A stretch of 64,000 nucleotides of DNA from Botryllus schlosseri (taxonomy: Eukaryota), in NCBI GenBank assembly GCA_051294905.1, contig CM119371.1:4528001-4592000 (forward strand). The letters run 5' to 3'. The notes under the pieces were generated by a model. The model searched no databases and was not told where the DNA came from. It worked only from the letters and a program-made list of their open reading frames with translations. Below are positions 1 through 12,806 of this stretch, piece after piece. Every line of letters starts with the position of its first letter. Position 1 is the stretch's first letter. The position numbers were made by a program, and so were the translations under genes.

Positions 1-675
1 TGGAATGATAAATTTGTCTACAAAAATATTAAAAGATGCATAGTGCATACGCCTCAATTCTAAGACATAGAAGTGGTATGGTACGAAATGTTGGATTAGG
101 AAACATAATACTATTTCCGATTATAAATTCCATCTTCAAAACTGGATTGAGCAGGTTCATGAGGCTGTATTATTGCACAGTTGCAGAGTTAACTAGGCCT
201 TATGAAACGAAAACAATATTTGGATCCCGCGATGCTAAATTTTTGGTGAGCTTCAAAGATGAGCTGAAAGCGCTACAATAGTGATAGGGCTGGGCAAGGG
301 CGTAGCCAGAAAAAATATTTGGGGGGGGCGAAAAATTTGATGACGTAAATAAGCCCATCCCGCTTAAAGACAAGAAAAAAAATAGGTCAAAACGATGGTG
401 TTGGGCCCTTATTGGATGATTAACACAACATCTCCACTCCTACATACAGTGATGTGATAACAGAATGATTGCGGAAAACTCGGGGGTTAACACTTCCGCG
501 CGAAGCGCGAAAATTTTTCATGGTCAATGAATGAAATTGGTTCATTATATTGTCCCTCGCATATTGCAAATACGTTGTCATTACCAGATTTACCGGTAGA
601 GCTGATAGAACTGCTGTCATCTAAGGGCGCACACTTGAACTATATGTTCATACCATACGGCAAGACTATTTAGAG

Positions 676-1190
676 CAGTGGTTCTCAACCGAGGGTCCGC
701 AAAGCATTTTCAAGGGGTAAGCGAAACCTCCAAACTTGCAAAATGGTTGATAACCTAATTTTTAGTTTGGCTCAAATTAGAGAAATCTCGAAGCACTTTC
801 GCTTCATAACTGTTAAAACTTCAGGACTCACGCAAATGGCCGTCTGAGATGAAATATTCCACTGTGCCATAAGTCATTTTAATTGCCAATCGCCTACTTA
901 TACTAACATATTGATGTTTAGGGATGTATTGTTGGGGTTTTGGAAAAAATTGTTTGCAGAGATCCATTCTCTCCTATGATAGATAAGACCGCTATTCCAG
1001 CATAACTTCACGATGAGCTGCTAGATAGAAATGACTAGGCTGGAGGTTATATTGGTCCATGTATGTTACCATAATAGCCAAAGGTGTCGTCGGAAGCGTA
1101 CGCGTTATGATTACATCCGCCACCACCTATCTTTGTGGAAATGGATTTTCGGCACTTGTTCATATCAAATCGACGACGCGGATTTTCAAG
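676..1190 (+). mobile_element. Charlie/Buster-like hAT fragment with a C-terminal transposase relic
   Basis: Begins with cagtggttctcaacc; 1110-1181 translates ITSATTYLCGNGFSALVHIKSTTR, resembling the Buster TTYLCExGFS motif; homologous (inverted) to about 16100-16646. Confidence 0.7.
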
Positions 1191-1230
1191 ACATGGCCCT
1201 ATGAGTTCAGGGGAGCTCCCCCGTGAGAAC

Positions 1231-1800
1231 TAGAGGTCGACCGATATTGATTTTTACAGGCCGATACCGATACCGATATATCGGCCACTCACAAGGCCGA
1301 TACCGATATCATAGGCCGATATTAATATGGACTAAGCAGAGAACAATTTCACCAAAAATATTATATATTAGGCAAGATGGCACTTGTTCATGCCACAGAA
1401 AGCTGAACAACAAACGAGAAAACTGAAATTGAAAAGAATTATTCCTTAATTGTGCACATTCGATGAAATTTGGGATAACCAAAAAAGCAAAATATGATAC
1501 AGAATTGCAGATCAGTTCAGAAAAGATAGATTGTAATGCAGGAAGCATAGTTTCTCTGCATGCTCATTGCTCACCCAGCTAAACTCGTCCTGCAAGGGTA
1601 AATCTGTCATATATTGCCCTTTGCGTCGTCGATTTCTTGAGATTGAAAACACGGAGCATTGAATTTCCGAAATTTTTGAATGTTTTTTAAATATAAAATA
1701 TCGGCCGCGATATCGGCCTTCATTGGCCGATACCGATAATCGGGAAAGCTCTAAATATCGGCCTCGATAATCGGCCATGTCGATAATCGGTCGACCTCTA
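1231..1800. mobile_element. hAT-type MITE (570 bp)
   Basis: TIR tagaggtcgaccgat / atcggtcgacctcta; exact TSD GTGAGAAC; subterminal ccgata repeats. Confidence 0.9.
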
Positions 1801-4724
1801 GTGAGAACACCTCGCAGAACCGTACATCCTGCCATGGGCAATTTCATCACTACCCTTTATCCATACGATTCCTAGACGCACCTACACACACACACATACA
1901 CCCTATGGAAGCATCCAGTTGCCAACTATAGCCTGTATAAGGCGATCTTTTCACGGACGAACCCAAATCGCTGACATTAAGTGATGAACAATCAGTGTTT
2001 ATTTCGGACCTATAGTCGCGCGGAGCGTAAAATGTTTTTGAATAAATAAAAGAGTTTTATCAATAATACTGATGCGTGTGCGTGCATATGAGCCCGATTC
2101 CAGTCTTATCAATTACTTTGTTGAAGCACGGTTGTTTAGCAACCTCTCGTAAAGATTGGCACCACTTTAAAGATTGGAATTGCTGATACATACCAGAACA
2201 AATTGCAGAACTCCTTTGATGAGACTCGTGCGATTTCAAATTAGTACTTTTTAACGGGAGGTGGCGATATTTTCCTGTGCCAGTCGCATTTATGTCCGGG
2301 GGGGGGGGGGGGGGGGGCAGGGGGTCTGATTGCAGGGACAGAATCATTAGGCGCCAGCCTTTTAAGCACCCAAAAAGCTATATCGAGGGCTTCGGAATAC
2401 ATGCGTCCGTTTTATAACCGTCAATCATTTTGGGAGCGCACTTTGCGGAGTCGCATGTAGCCTACTTTATATGTCTTTGTGTGTCCCGGTACGGAAGTTA
2501 CCAGAACTAACAGTCCCCAACCCCTATACTGAACTGACACCCATAGACCCAATCAACCCAACGACCTCGGGCTACTCTCGTGTATCTACTGGTACTGTTG
2601 TATTCTCATAATTGAGAATATAGGTATAGGTATTTGAGGAAGAATTTTTTTAGGGATACCGTTAATAAAATCAAGACATGCATGGCCACTAAATCGTGCG
2701 AAGCGCGAAGAAAATATTTAGGTTGCATTCATCTACCCTAAAATACTGTTATTTTTATTGATTTTACGAAAAAGTTTCAAAAATTTGGGGGGGGCGATCG
2801 CCCCTTTCGCCCCTCTCTGGCTACGCCAGTGGGGCTGGGTAGTGGCGCGTCAACTACCGGCTACGCGCCTGGGCACCAGGATTTTTATTAATTGATAAGG
2901 ATAATAAGTGATGGTTTTTTAGTCTTGAAATCATATGATCCTTGCCACTAAGGGGTAACTTACGAACAATAATTATAGTTTCCATGCTCTTTTTTTCTGT
3001 GGAAGGATTGAAAACACGAATTATTGTAAAAAATAAATGAAATGGCTATGTTCTAAAAACATCTAGTTATTTTTATTTCGATATAAAACTAGCATTATAC
3101 ACTTCGTGATCGCATAAACGGCACATGTCTGAACTTAACACATCTTTCTTATAGTTATGTCGTCACAATGAAGGATACTAGAAAACCCAACTTGACTTGA
3201 AAGCCTAATACGCGTTTCAGATCTACTGATTACAAATGGGGTAATTCATGCGGTCACTAAGTTACAAGGTCTAAAATTGGAATGAAACTTATTGAATGGC
3301 CCCGGGAATTTAAAAAGTGATATACATAGCATTTCATAAACTATTTTCATAAATAAGGTAAAATGCCATGCAAAATTCTTCCATCTCGTTGTGATTGCCA
3401 AAGTTCAAAATGAAATGATGTCTGAACCAATTTGGAAACTAGGATTCTCAGGCAGTGTCGCCTCTGTGTAGTGTGAACTGTGTGTACTAAAATCTTGAAG
3501 TTTAGTTCTGCTGTCAATTGTAGCCAGTGTCGGGATCCATGCACCACTTTTTCTATTCACAACAATATGACCATCACCAATAAGAATTTCCGGCGAACAT
3601 GTTAAAATTTATTGTTTTTGTAATGGGTTTAGGGCAGACTTGGACAACTAGAAAACTTTCAGCTTTTTTAAAGTTAGCTAGCTAGCTACACATTTTTCAA
3701 ATTTCCAAATTAGATTAGACTTAGACTTACTGATAGTGAATTCGTGAAAACTTTGTAGTTGAATCGATTTAATCTCATATCAAATCAGAGCTCATTCTCA
3801 TACTTATGAAAATATGTGTACAGCAAGCTTGCTCGATTCTACACGATAATGTTCTCTTGAAGCATTTTCAATAGAACCAGACGGCAGATAAGAAATAGAA
3901 CGAGAGCATACACACATTTCACAGATTTGATTAGAATCTGTATTTGAACCAGTGTTGGGATCAAGTCTCTTATGTTCGAGTCACGAGGCACCTTGAGTCA
4001 TTGCGAATATTGAGTCGAGTCAAGTCAGGTCAATCGATTTTCAAAGGTGTCTTGAGTCAATTCAAGTCACTCGTTTTTTGGAGGTTACTCGAGTCAAATC
4101 AACTCACGACTCATGTCATGATTCAAGTCAAATTGAATTTTTGAACTATGAGTGATGATGTAAAGTCATTACATTTTGCTGAGTGTGTGAAAAACAGATT
4201 AATTGACCAAAATGACCACTCATCTTAAATCAAATAGCATTGTATCGCTCACTATAAATAATACGAGTGTAACTGTATAGCCACATGCTATACAGTCTGT
4301 TATTATCAGCCAAAATAGAGGATCGAATACGAAGCCTCGAGATGTTGAAACAAATTGATGTGGTACAATACACTACTCATAAATTATATTCATTCAATTT
4401 AAATTATAATAGAAAGTTGGTAAAGGTGAACACTGCATAATGTAAGCACTTGAGCCGTCGAAAAATAAGAAATACGTTCAGTGGTTCTCGACCGTTTTGT
4501 CTTCGCGTATCGCCACCGACCCTCGTGGACCTCTCATGCATATGCATCTTTGGTGAATTGATACCAGAGCCTTTCCTGTCGGCAAAGCCGTTCAATTAAC
4601 TTGCAATGAATTTCAACTCGAAGCCTTCTAGGCGAAACGGTGGCATTTACAGATTTTAGAAGAAATCTACACAGATCAACGACAGGACTAAGCATGGTGA
4701 CTCTAATCTTGAGAACTGGAAGTA

Positions 4725-7230
4725 GCGTAATTTTCCATGTATAATCCGCAAAATTTACACGATTTTTTGCCCTAAAATCGGGGGGTGCGTATTATACATG
4801 GGAACAACACGCTAGAAAAAAATGTCCCTCGATAAAAAACTTGAAATCACACCTTTCTTCATTTTTGTTTCCAATCACGCATCACTTTCAGCCATCACGG
4901 GTAGTAATTCGTATTAAAGAGTGTGACGCGCTGCCAATTAAGGGAAGCGCGTCTCTAATTAACGAGAGCCGTGCGCACAATCACGCGATCTCCTGCTGAG
5001 TTGGGTTGCCGTTTGTACGGGAGCGGAATGAGGTCAGTAATAGACACTCGCGCGCGGCAATTCTCGCCAATTCATCGCGTCAATGACAGGCCCGAACAAT
5101 CGCATATACAAGAGGCCATGTGCGCAAGATATAATCGCTTGCGTAATCAGTCGCATCTCCAACAGAACTGTTGCACATGACATAACCGTTAGCCTAGGCG
5201 CAATCGCATCTGTAATAGGCATCATGCTCAAGATGTCGGTTCGTTGGCCTAAACCAGTGGTTCTTAACCTTGCCCACAGCGCCTCCCAGGGGGCGCTGGC
5301 GACTCTGAAAGGGGGCGGAAGCGCTCAGGGGGCGATATGGGGGGCGCTGGGCTCAGGGGGGCGGTATGGGGGGCGCTGGAGAAAAATGGCTTCGCAGTAG
5401 ATGATGTGGTGGTAGGCCATATCCTTAATGAGTATTCAGGGCAAATTAACACCGAAAACTTCGTTACGTATAGCGTTCAAAATACATATAGGTTTAATTG
5501 TCCATGGGCGCCTAAATGACTGACACCGAATGTTCCTGTCTTGGCAATCTGAACCCCAGAAGACGAATTCCATCCGGCAGGGAACAATTATATGTCAGTG
5601 AGGAAATACCAATCTGAAATTGGTGCGTCTTTTAGTTTAGTACGATTGGGCGACAGGGATATTCCTGTTGGGCGATATCCCCGTTGCGCGATTCTATATT
5701 TTTTGATATTGCAGACAGGGGGTCACGAAATAGCATCATGCAACGAAGTCATACCAACGGGCTCGCCCGCCCAAATATGTTTGACCATTAGTAAGGGGCC
5801 CTACAGTTTTCAAGAAACCTCACAATGTTCGCTTTAAGTTTTGATGAGTCTGCGCACACTCAACAACTCACTGCGCTGACCCTTGGACAACAGTGCGTAA
5901 CGACTAAAAAAGGTAATAACTTCGGATTTGTTGTGCGCAACGTAGATTTCCTGTGCGCAGAGACCGTGTCAGCACTGCGCACGTGCGCAGCTTAGAGGCA
6001 ACAATGCACCTCACTCAGCTCTACCGGTAAATGTGTTTACATGAGCAGAGAGAGGATAAAAATTGATCTCAATTTGCATGCAATTCCCGATGATATTGAC
6101 CAATTTAATCAATAATTAGTGAGATTTTTCGCGCTTCGCACGACTAGGCGAGCATAGCTGCCTCAGTAAATGGACACCCAATGTAGACACCTAATAGGCT
6201 ATCAGCCAATAGCGGACAGCCTAATGGAGGTATGGGAGTGAAGTCCCCAGGAAGTTTGGTTTATCACCCGATGGGGGCCCTGGACCAACGTTTTTTGTTT
6301 TGAGGGGGGGGCTGAAGAAGTGCTGTTACGGCCCTGGTAACGAATAATTGTACCTGCGGGAACGCCCGAATATGTTTAATTATTAATTACGTGCCCTTTA
6401 TTTTCCTATACAACAGCTCATTCGGTGCTACTGGTAAATCTGATTACGTGGGCTGAGAGGATAAACAGTTTATAGCGAGTTATATATGTAATTACCACCT
6501 TTCCATTCATGCATTATAGAAAATTATGGTACCTAGGGCGACCAGGCCACACAAACTTTGCTGACCAGTGACCATCAAAATCACGATATGGGGTTCGTGG
6601 GGGCGAAGATCTCAGAGATTCAGTTTATCACGCTATGGGTGCGCAAGGCAATCGTTTTTAGGGGGGTTGACAAAGTGCTATTACGGCCCTCCCTCTTACT
6701 CATTGTCTTTATTACATTCTTTACAATATGAAGTTGGGGGGCGCTGGAGCACGATAATTTTTGAAAGGGGGCGCTGGAAGAAAAAAGCTTAATAACCACT
6801 GGCCTAAACTAACTCGTCGTCGGCCTCGCAGGCTTTGGCTGCCATCTACTGTCGTTTAGAGACAATACCGTTAATTGTATAATGATTAGCAATATGATTA
6901 GCAATCGCATATGTGAAAGGTCTCCTCGTGCTCAAGATGTCGTGTCGCTAGCCTGAACTATCGTGCCGCCCGCCTCGCAGGCTTTGGCTGCTATCTACTA
7001 TCGATTAAAGACAATCCCGCTAATTGTATAATGATTAGCGATCGTCGTGTAATGATTGTTCAACAGTGACATTGCAAAACAGAATGACATCGTATACGAA
7101 ATCGGAACTATTCGTGTTCTGAAATGCAGGGTGCGTACTATACATGGGTACAGGCTTTTTCCCAGAATTTACATGCTATTTTAGGGGTGCGTATTATACA
7201 TCCGGGCGTACTATACTTGGAAAATTACGG
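4725..7230. mobile_element. Tc1/mariner-superfamily (Tc2-like) non-autonomous element
   Basis: TIRs gcgtaattttccatgtata / tatacttggaaaattacgg flanked by TA on both sides; same family as 21534-21981. Confidence 0.75.
5255..6801. mobile_element. hAT (Buster-type) MITE nested in the Tc2-like element
   Basis: TIR cagtggtt / aaccactg; exact TSD GCCTAAAC; subterminal gggggcgct repeats. Confidence 0.85.
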
Positions 7231-8083
7231 TAGTTCGCGTGTAGAAAAATGCTCATAAGTAGAGTTGTATATAAATAATATCCTGAAATATGAATATCAT
7301 GTGACATCAGCGACTATTATTGTTATTGTAATTAATCATGTTTCATAAAACTCCGTCGTGTACAGCTGCTTGTCTGCATCTTAATCATTTCGGACATGCC
7401 CGTGAAAAGTAAAGCGGTTGTTAACGTTGAAGAACCACTGGTCTTCAAAAGATTGTCAAACACATTCCTCTGTCGGCTAGTGCTATTGGAGCTGGTGTTT
7501 AACGCGACCAAGACCATGGTGCCGGCTCCGAACCAGATATCCGTCTCTAATCGCCTGGCCGAACCGGGCTGATGGTGTCACACTTGTTCCAGAATTGTTG
7601 TGAATCTAATATTCAATCATCCCGGGACTTGTTGTAGACAGTAAATGAACAGTTTTGTGTCTTGGAGCTAAAATCTATTGGACGATCAAGTTGAAACCTG
7701 AATGTCCCAAATGTTCTATCCGCAGCCAATATCCGAGAGGGAATCTGTAATGTAATTGTGATCCACAAAGTATGTGCGAAACATCTATGAGTAACTACCG
7801 TACTCGTCTGAATTGTCAGGCTGCCGGTCACCACAATGCCTAATAATTCTACTAAACTGGTATTATTAGATCATAAGTTTGTTATTCTTGGATATTGTTA
7901 TTTATCACACTGCTCCGTTTTAGCTAATTCTTTCTGTATTTTAGACTGGGTTGCTATAATTTGAGAATTAGAATACTATGCAATGACTCATTCCAAGCTA
8001 TCGTTGAAAACTCGTTTTCAAGCAGTGAGCGGTTGATGTGTGATTCTTCAAGAAGTAAAGTAATATACAGATAATCCAGAAGA

Positions 8084-9601
8084 ATGGCAAGGAAGATGTG
8101 CTGGATCTGTGGAAAGAGCTTCCACCGTAACGACGGATTGAAGGCCCACTTGCGATTCCACATTATAGATAGAAATACCGAATGTGACATCTGCGGAAAA
8201 TCGTTTGTGCAGGCTAGCGACCTGAAAACGCATGGAAATATACATACTGGAAGCAAAAACTATGCATGTCAGATCTGTGGAAAAATGTTTATCCAGCTTG
8301 GTCACTTGAAACGCCATGAACATACACATACTGGAGTAAAAAACTATGGATGTCTGATCTGTGGAAAAGCTTTTACCCAGCTTGTTGACTTAAAAAGACA
8401 TGAACATACACATACCGGAGTAAAAGACTATGAGTGTCAGATCTGCGGAAAAGCTTTTAATCGGCTTAGTAACTTGGAAACACATGTGAATACACATAAT
8501 GAAGTCAAAAACTATGAGTGCCAGATCTGTGGAAAAGAGTTTATTCAGCTCGGTCACTTGAAAACACATGAAAATACACATGCTGGAGTAAAAAACTATG
8601 GATGTCTGATCTGCGGGAAAGCTTTTACCAAGCTTGTTGACTTAAAAAGACATGAACATACACATACCGGAGTCAAAAACTATGAGTGTCAGATCTGCGG
8701 AAAAGCGTTTACCCAGCTTAGTAACTTGAAACAACATGAAAATACACATAATGGAGTCAAAAACTATGAGTGTCAGATCTGTGGAAAAGCGTTTATTCGG
8801 CTTAGTCACTTGATAACACATGTGAATACACATACTGGAGTCAAAAACTATGAGTGTCAGATCTGCGGAAAAGCTTTTACCCAGCTTGTTGACTTAAAAA
8901 GACATGAACATACACATACGGGAGTCAAAAATTATGCATGTCAGATCTGCGGAAAAGCGTTTGCCCGGCTTGATAACTTGAAAACACATGAGAATGCACA
9001 TACTGGAGTCAAAAACTATGCATGTCAAATCTGCGGAAAAGCGTTTACCCATCTTGGTAGCTTGAAACAACATGAAAATACACATACTGGAGTCAGAAAG
9101 TATGCATGTCAGATCTGCGGAAAAGCGTTAACCCGGCTTCGTGACTTGAAAAGACATGAAAATACACATACCAGAGTCAAGAACTACGAGTGTCAGATCT
9201 GCGGAAAAGTGTTTACCCAGCTTAGTAGCTTGAATAATCATGGACATATACATATGGGAGTCAAAAACTATGCATGTCAGATCTGCGGAAAAGCGTTTAC
9301 CCATCTTGGTAACTTAAAACAACATGAAAATACACATACTGGAGTCAGAAAGTATGCATGTCAGATCTGCGGAAAAGCGTTTACCCAGCTTAATAGCTTG
9401 AATAATCATGGACATATACATATGGGAGTCAAAAACTATGCATGTCAGATCTGCGGAAAAGCGTTTACCCATCTTGGTAACTTAAAACAACATGAAAATA
9501 CACATACTGGAGTCAGAAAGTATGCATGTCAGACGTGCGGAAAAGCGTTTACCCGGCTCGATTACTTGAAAAGACATGAAAGTACACATACAGTAGAATA
9601 G
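8084..9601 (+). CDS. Tandem C2H2 zinc-finger protein, 18 fingers (intronless ORF, possibly a 3' exon)
   Basis: 505-aa uninterrupted ORF of 28-aa repeats CxxC-GKAF-x5-L-xx-HxxxH with TGVKNY linkers; all 18 fingers keep their Cys and His ligands. Confidence 0.9.
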   Translation: MARKMCWICGKSFHRNDGLKAHLRFHIIDRNTECDICGKSFVQASDLKTHGNIHTGSKNYACQICGKMFIQLGHLKRHEHTHTGVKNYGCLICGKAFTQLVDLKRHEHTHTGVKDYECQICGKAFNRLSNLETHVNTHNEVKNYECQICGKEFIQLGHLKTHENTHAGVKNYGCLICGKAFTKLVDLKRHEHTHTGVKNYECQICGKAFTQLSNLKQHENTHNGVKNYECQICGKAFIRLSHLITHVNTHTGVKNYECQICGKAFTQLVDLKRHEHTHTGVKNYACQICGKAFARLDNLKTHENAHTGVKNYACQICGKAFTHLGSLKQHENTHTGVRKYACQICGKALTRLRDLKRHENTHTRVKNYECQICGKVFTQLSSLNNHGHIHMGVKNYACQICGKAFTHLGNLKQHENTHTGVRKYACQICGKAFTQLNSLNNHGHIHMGVKNYACQICGKAFTHLGNLKQHENTHTGVRKYACQTCGKAFTRLDYLKRHESTHTVE

Positions 9602-9762
9602 CGGAACGCACGTCTTTTTCTTCTCGCTATGATGGTCTCGAACATGAAGCAGTTATATTGACAGAAATACCTTATACTAAAATATGCTGTTATTTAGAGT
9701 GGACGTCCATTCAATCTGCTAGAATTTAATATTGCGTTCAAATCTGTACCAGTACTCAACAC

Positions 9763-12700
9763 CATAGGCGCCGACTTACGAGGTTACGAGGTGGCGCAGC
9801 TACCTCGTGACCATATTTACGAGGTGGCGGCCACCTCGTATAAAATGCTCAAACGCCCAAGTTATTTGTGACCAGTAATTAGTAATCCGGCGTATCGATG
9901 CGACCTCGTTAGAGACGTATTCGATTTCGATACGCGTGTCTGCCAGGCGCGTAGCTACGGGGGTTTCGGGCGTCGAACTTCCCTATTTGAAACGCGAAAC
10001 CTCGTCATTTTGAAATGATCATTCTAACTCAAATATGCAGTTGCCATTCCATAATTCTGTTACCAGTGTTTCGCGCGGATGATTTGCGAGAAACGTGTTG
10101 TCAATTAACGAGAAGAGTCTGTGATGATCTCCCGCTGAGATGGTCGCGAAATTAGGTCATTCATTCCCGTGCGCGCGGCAATCGTCGCTAGCCTAATTTA
10201 TCGCGTCTCGAACAAGCCTGGTTCCGCAGGCTTGAACAATCGCATCTGCAATACGTCCAGTTCACAGGATATCATCGCTTGCCTGCGCAATTGCATCTGC
10301 ATAGGCGGCTTCGGCCTAGTGTGCACGATATCGTTGCTGGCGTACACAATAGCATCTGCAATAGGCCCGGTGTGAAAGATATTGTCGTTAGCCTAACTAT
10401 CGCGTCTCGGATTAGCATGCTTTGACTCCTATCTCTCGCTGGTTTGGAGACACTGCGGTCGAGTTTACGCTAATTAGTGATTGTTTTATGTCATATTGAT
10501 TAATAAGCGACATCGCGAAACTGAATAACATCGAATCGCTGCAAACAGACATTAACGTTCGTAATTGATTCCCGCTCATACTTGAACTTAACGATCAGAA
10601 TATGTGTATCATGGCTAGGGCTGGGCACAATGATTCGAGTACTCGAATCTGAATCGAGTATTAATTTTAATGATTCGAGTCGAGTAGTAAAAGAAGATAT
10701 TTTCGAGTACTGAAATTACAAGCTCCTCGCTACTGAATGTTAATTTATCAACGAGAATTATAGTTTTGATGCTAGTTTCCAATTTGGAAGGCTTAAAACA
10801 CTAATTGGCTGCATTGTAGCATACGAAACATAGTACAAAGCTACAAAGCTTACGTGAAATAACACATTTTCGAAGTCATAATCATCCCACAACCTTGTCA
10901 CGAAGTGCAATGAAATCGGTATATGGTCGAAAAAATATCAAGGCATCTTTAATGTGGTGGATAACAGGCATTATATTCTTTGCTGTGGCAATGTGGCATA
11001 CAAGCTACATATTTGAACTTTGACATATTACATTCTGTTATGACGTCATAGTGTGTGATACTCGAATACTCGACTCGACTCGACGCATAATACGTGATTC
11101 AGAATCGAATCACTCAGGTACTCGATTTTGCCCAGCCCTAATCATGGCTCGAGTTCTGAAAGACGACGAAGGTTTGAAATCGATGCCATCAATTTCGGAC
11201 ATTTTGATTTGCGAAAACTGTCGCCGAGACTGCGTAGTTTAATTTTTCACCAGAGATCAGGGACTCGCTAATTGACAGCACTCCCGGACACTTTGGCAAG
11301 CTTATCATACCCCTAAAATCGTCAATACGAAGAGATTATATGATCGCCATTTACACATGTACTTGACCCGAATTGAATCAATGCTATATTGGTAAATTTG
11401 AAAATAAAATCCAAATGCCCCTAATTTTTCGACTGGCGACGCGTATAGCGTGTGCTGAGAAGCACCATCAATCCATCATAGATCTCCTCTCCCTACCAGG
11501 CGCCCAAATGGACGTTCTGCTTTTCTGAAATCTAAATTATGTGCGCCCATATTCGTTTACAAAACCATTCGTGAGCTAGCTAGCTTCGTGATAGTCTTGG
11601 TAATCGGAGCGCGTAATTGGCAGGCGTGTTGGTGTGTGCCTGAAAATTGAAATTCAATTCATTTCTGCGCAGATTCGTTTCTCTAACAAGGCTTTGCCAG
11701 TGATATTAATCGGGAAATGCAGCAATACACCGTAAACATCGATATAATGAGAAAACAATAGTCGCGACGAAAGCTACTCAATACGGTGTCAGACTTAAAA
11801 CCCATTCGCGGCGACACTGGTTAGAATACACGCTTTCTTATTTGCCATCATCCATATTTCTTGTTATCTACTTGATACATTCGTACTCCGAAATTGTCGC
11901 ACAAAGTGTTCCTTTCATTAGTAACGTGCAGTAGGCCATGTCATGCCATTGTCCAATATTGATGCATCACAAGATTCTATGTGGCATAAATTCTGATTTT
12001 ATTCGATTCGTTTGAACAGGGAGCCTTCTACATTCCGATAAACTTGATTTCTAGATGTACTCGTATCGAGAACAACAATATCGAATATTAAACTATTAGA
12101 AATTAGATAGACATTGGATTTCTAGTGACAGGATCTCGGCATGCGCCCGAAGTGGCCAACCTGCGGCCGTAGAAGGACATTTGTGCGGCCGTCAACACGT
12201 AATTCAATTAGTATGTGTTGGCGGCCGTCGACATGCAGATTGAATTTACGAATTGACCGATGTACTCCCGAAATGCTTCGCGAACGTAAACCGGGAAATG
12301 CACCAAAATCGCCCAAATCGCAGTTTTAATCAGCAAACAATTGCCGCGATGCGAGTCAACACGAGCAAGAAACCGCAAGAGACAATTAGCCTACTGATTG
12401 GCTGCGCGATTTCGCGTTTGTAATCATTATTATTCTCTGCTTGAAGTATTCGAGAGTTGTCGTGTGTTACTTGTAGTGCCTGGCGTAGCGAATTTCGTTA
12501 CTCACAGGCATGTGAATAACATTGATACAACTGCAGATTCCGTCGGACGGACTGGTAGCGCTGGCACTTCAACACTTCTAGTGATCATACCGTTTTAAGA
12601 TTCCATTTAATATCTCGACTGCATGGTTTGATATTAATGAGTGCAAGGCCAGTATTAAAATGTCACGCGAATGGTATAACGCTGCACGCACACCACCGGC

Positions 12701-12806
12701 ATGTAGTAAAGTACGTTTTCGGGCGATGATGACGTCATCGATATGGAACAATTATGACGTCACAAGACTTCGCCACCTCGTAAAAAAATAAAAGTCGGCG
12801 CCTATG
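9763..12806. mobile_element. Non-autonomous hAT-like element (about 3.0 kb)
   Basis: TIR cataggcgccgactt / aagtcggcgcctatg; exact TSD CTCAACAC; subterminal acgaggtggcg repeats. Confidence 0.9.
10616..11140 (+). mobile_element. hAT-type MITE (525 bp); relatives recur in the PLK introns
   Basis: TIR tagggctgggca / tgcccagcccta; exact TSD ATCATGGC. Confidence 0.9.

Larger units (their letters stand above)
295..2831. mobile_element. Non-autonomous hAT-like DNA transposon containing nested elements
   Basis: Imperfect TIRs caagggcgtagccaga / tctggctacgccagtg; exact 8-bp TSD GGGCTGGG at 287-294 and 2832-2839. Confidence 0.8.

Noticed and set aside
7613..7834. Possible Helitron helicase relic (IPSRI...F..YNKS)
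   Set aside because: Similarity is limited to a few residues and no Helitron termini were seen; needs BLASTx
7954..9085. Several minus-strand ORFs over ZF array 1
   Set aside because: Antisense shadows of the finger repeat
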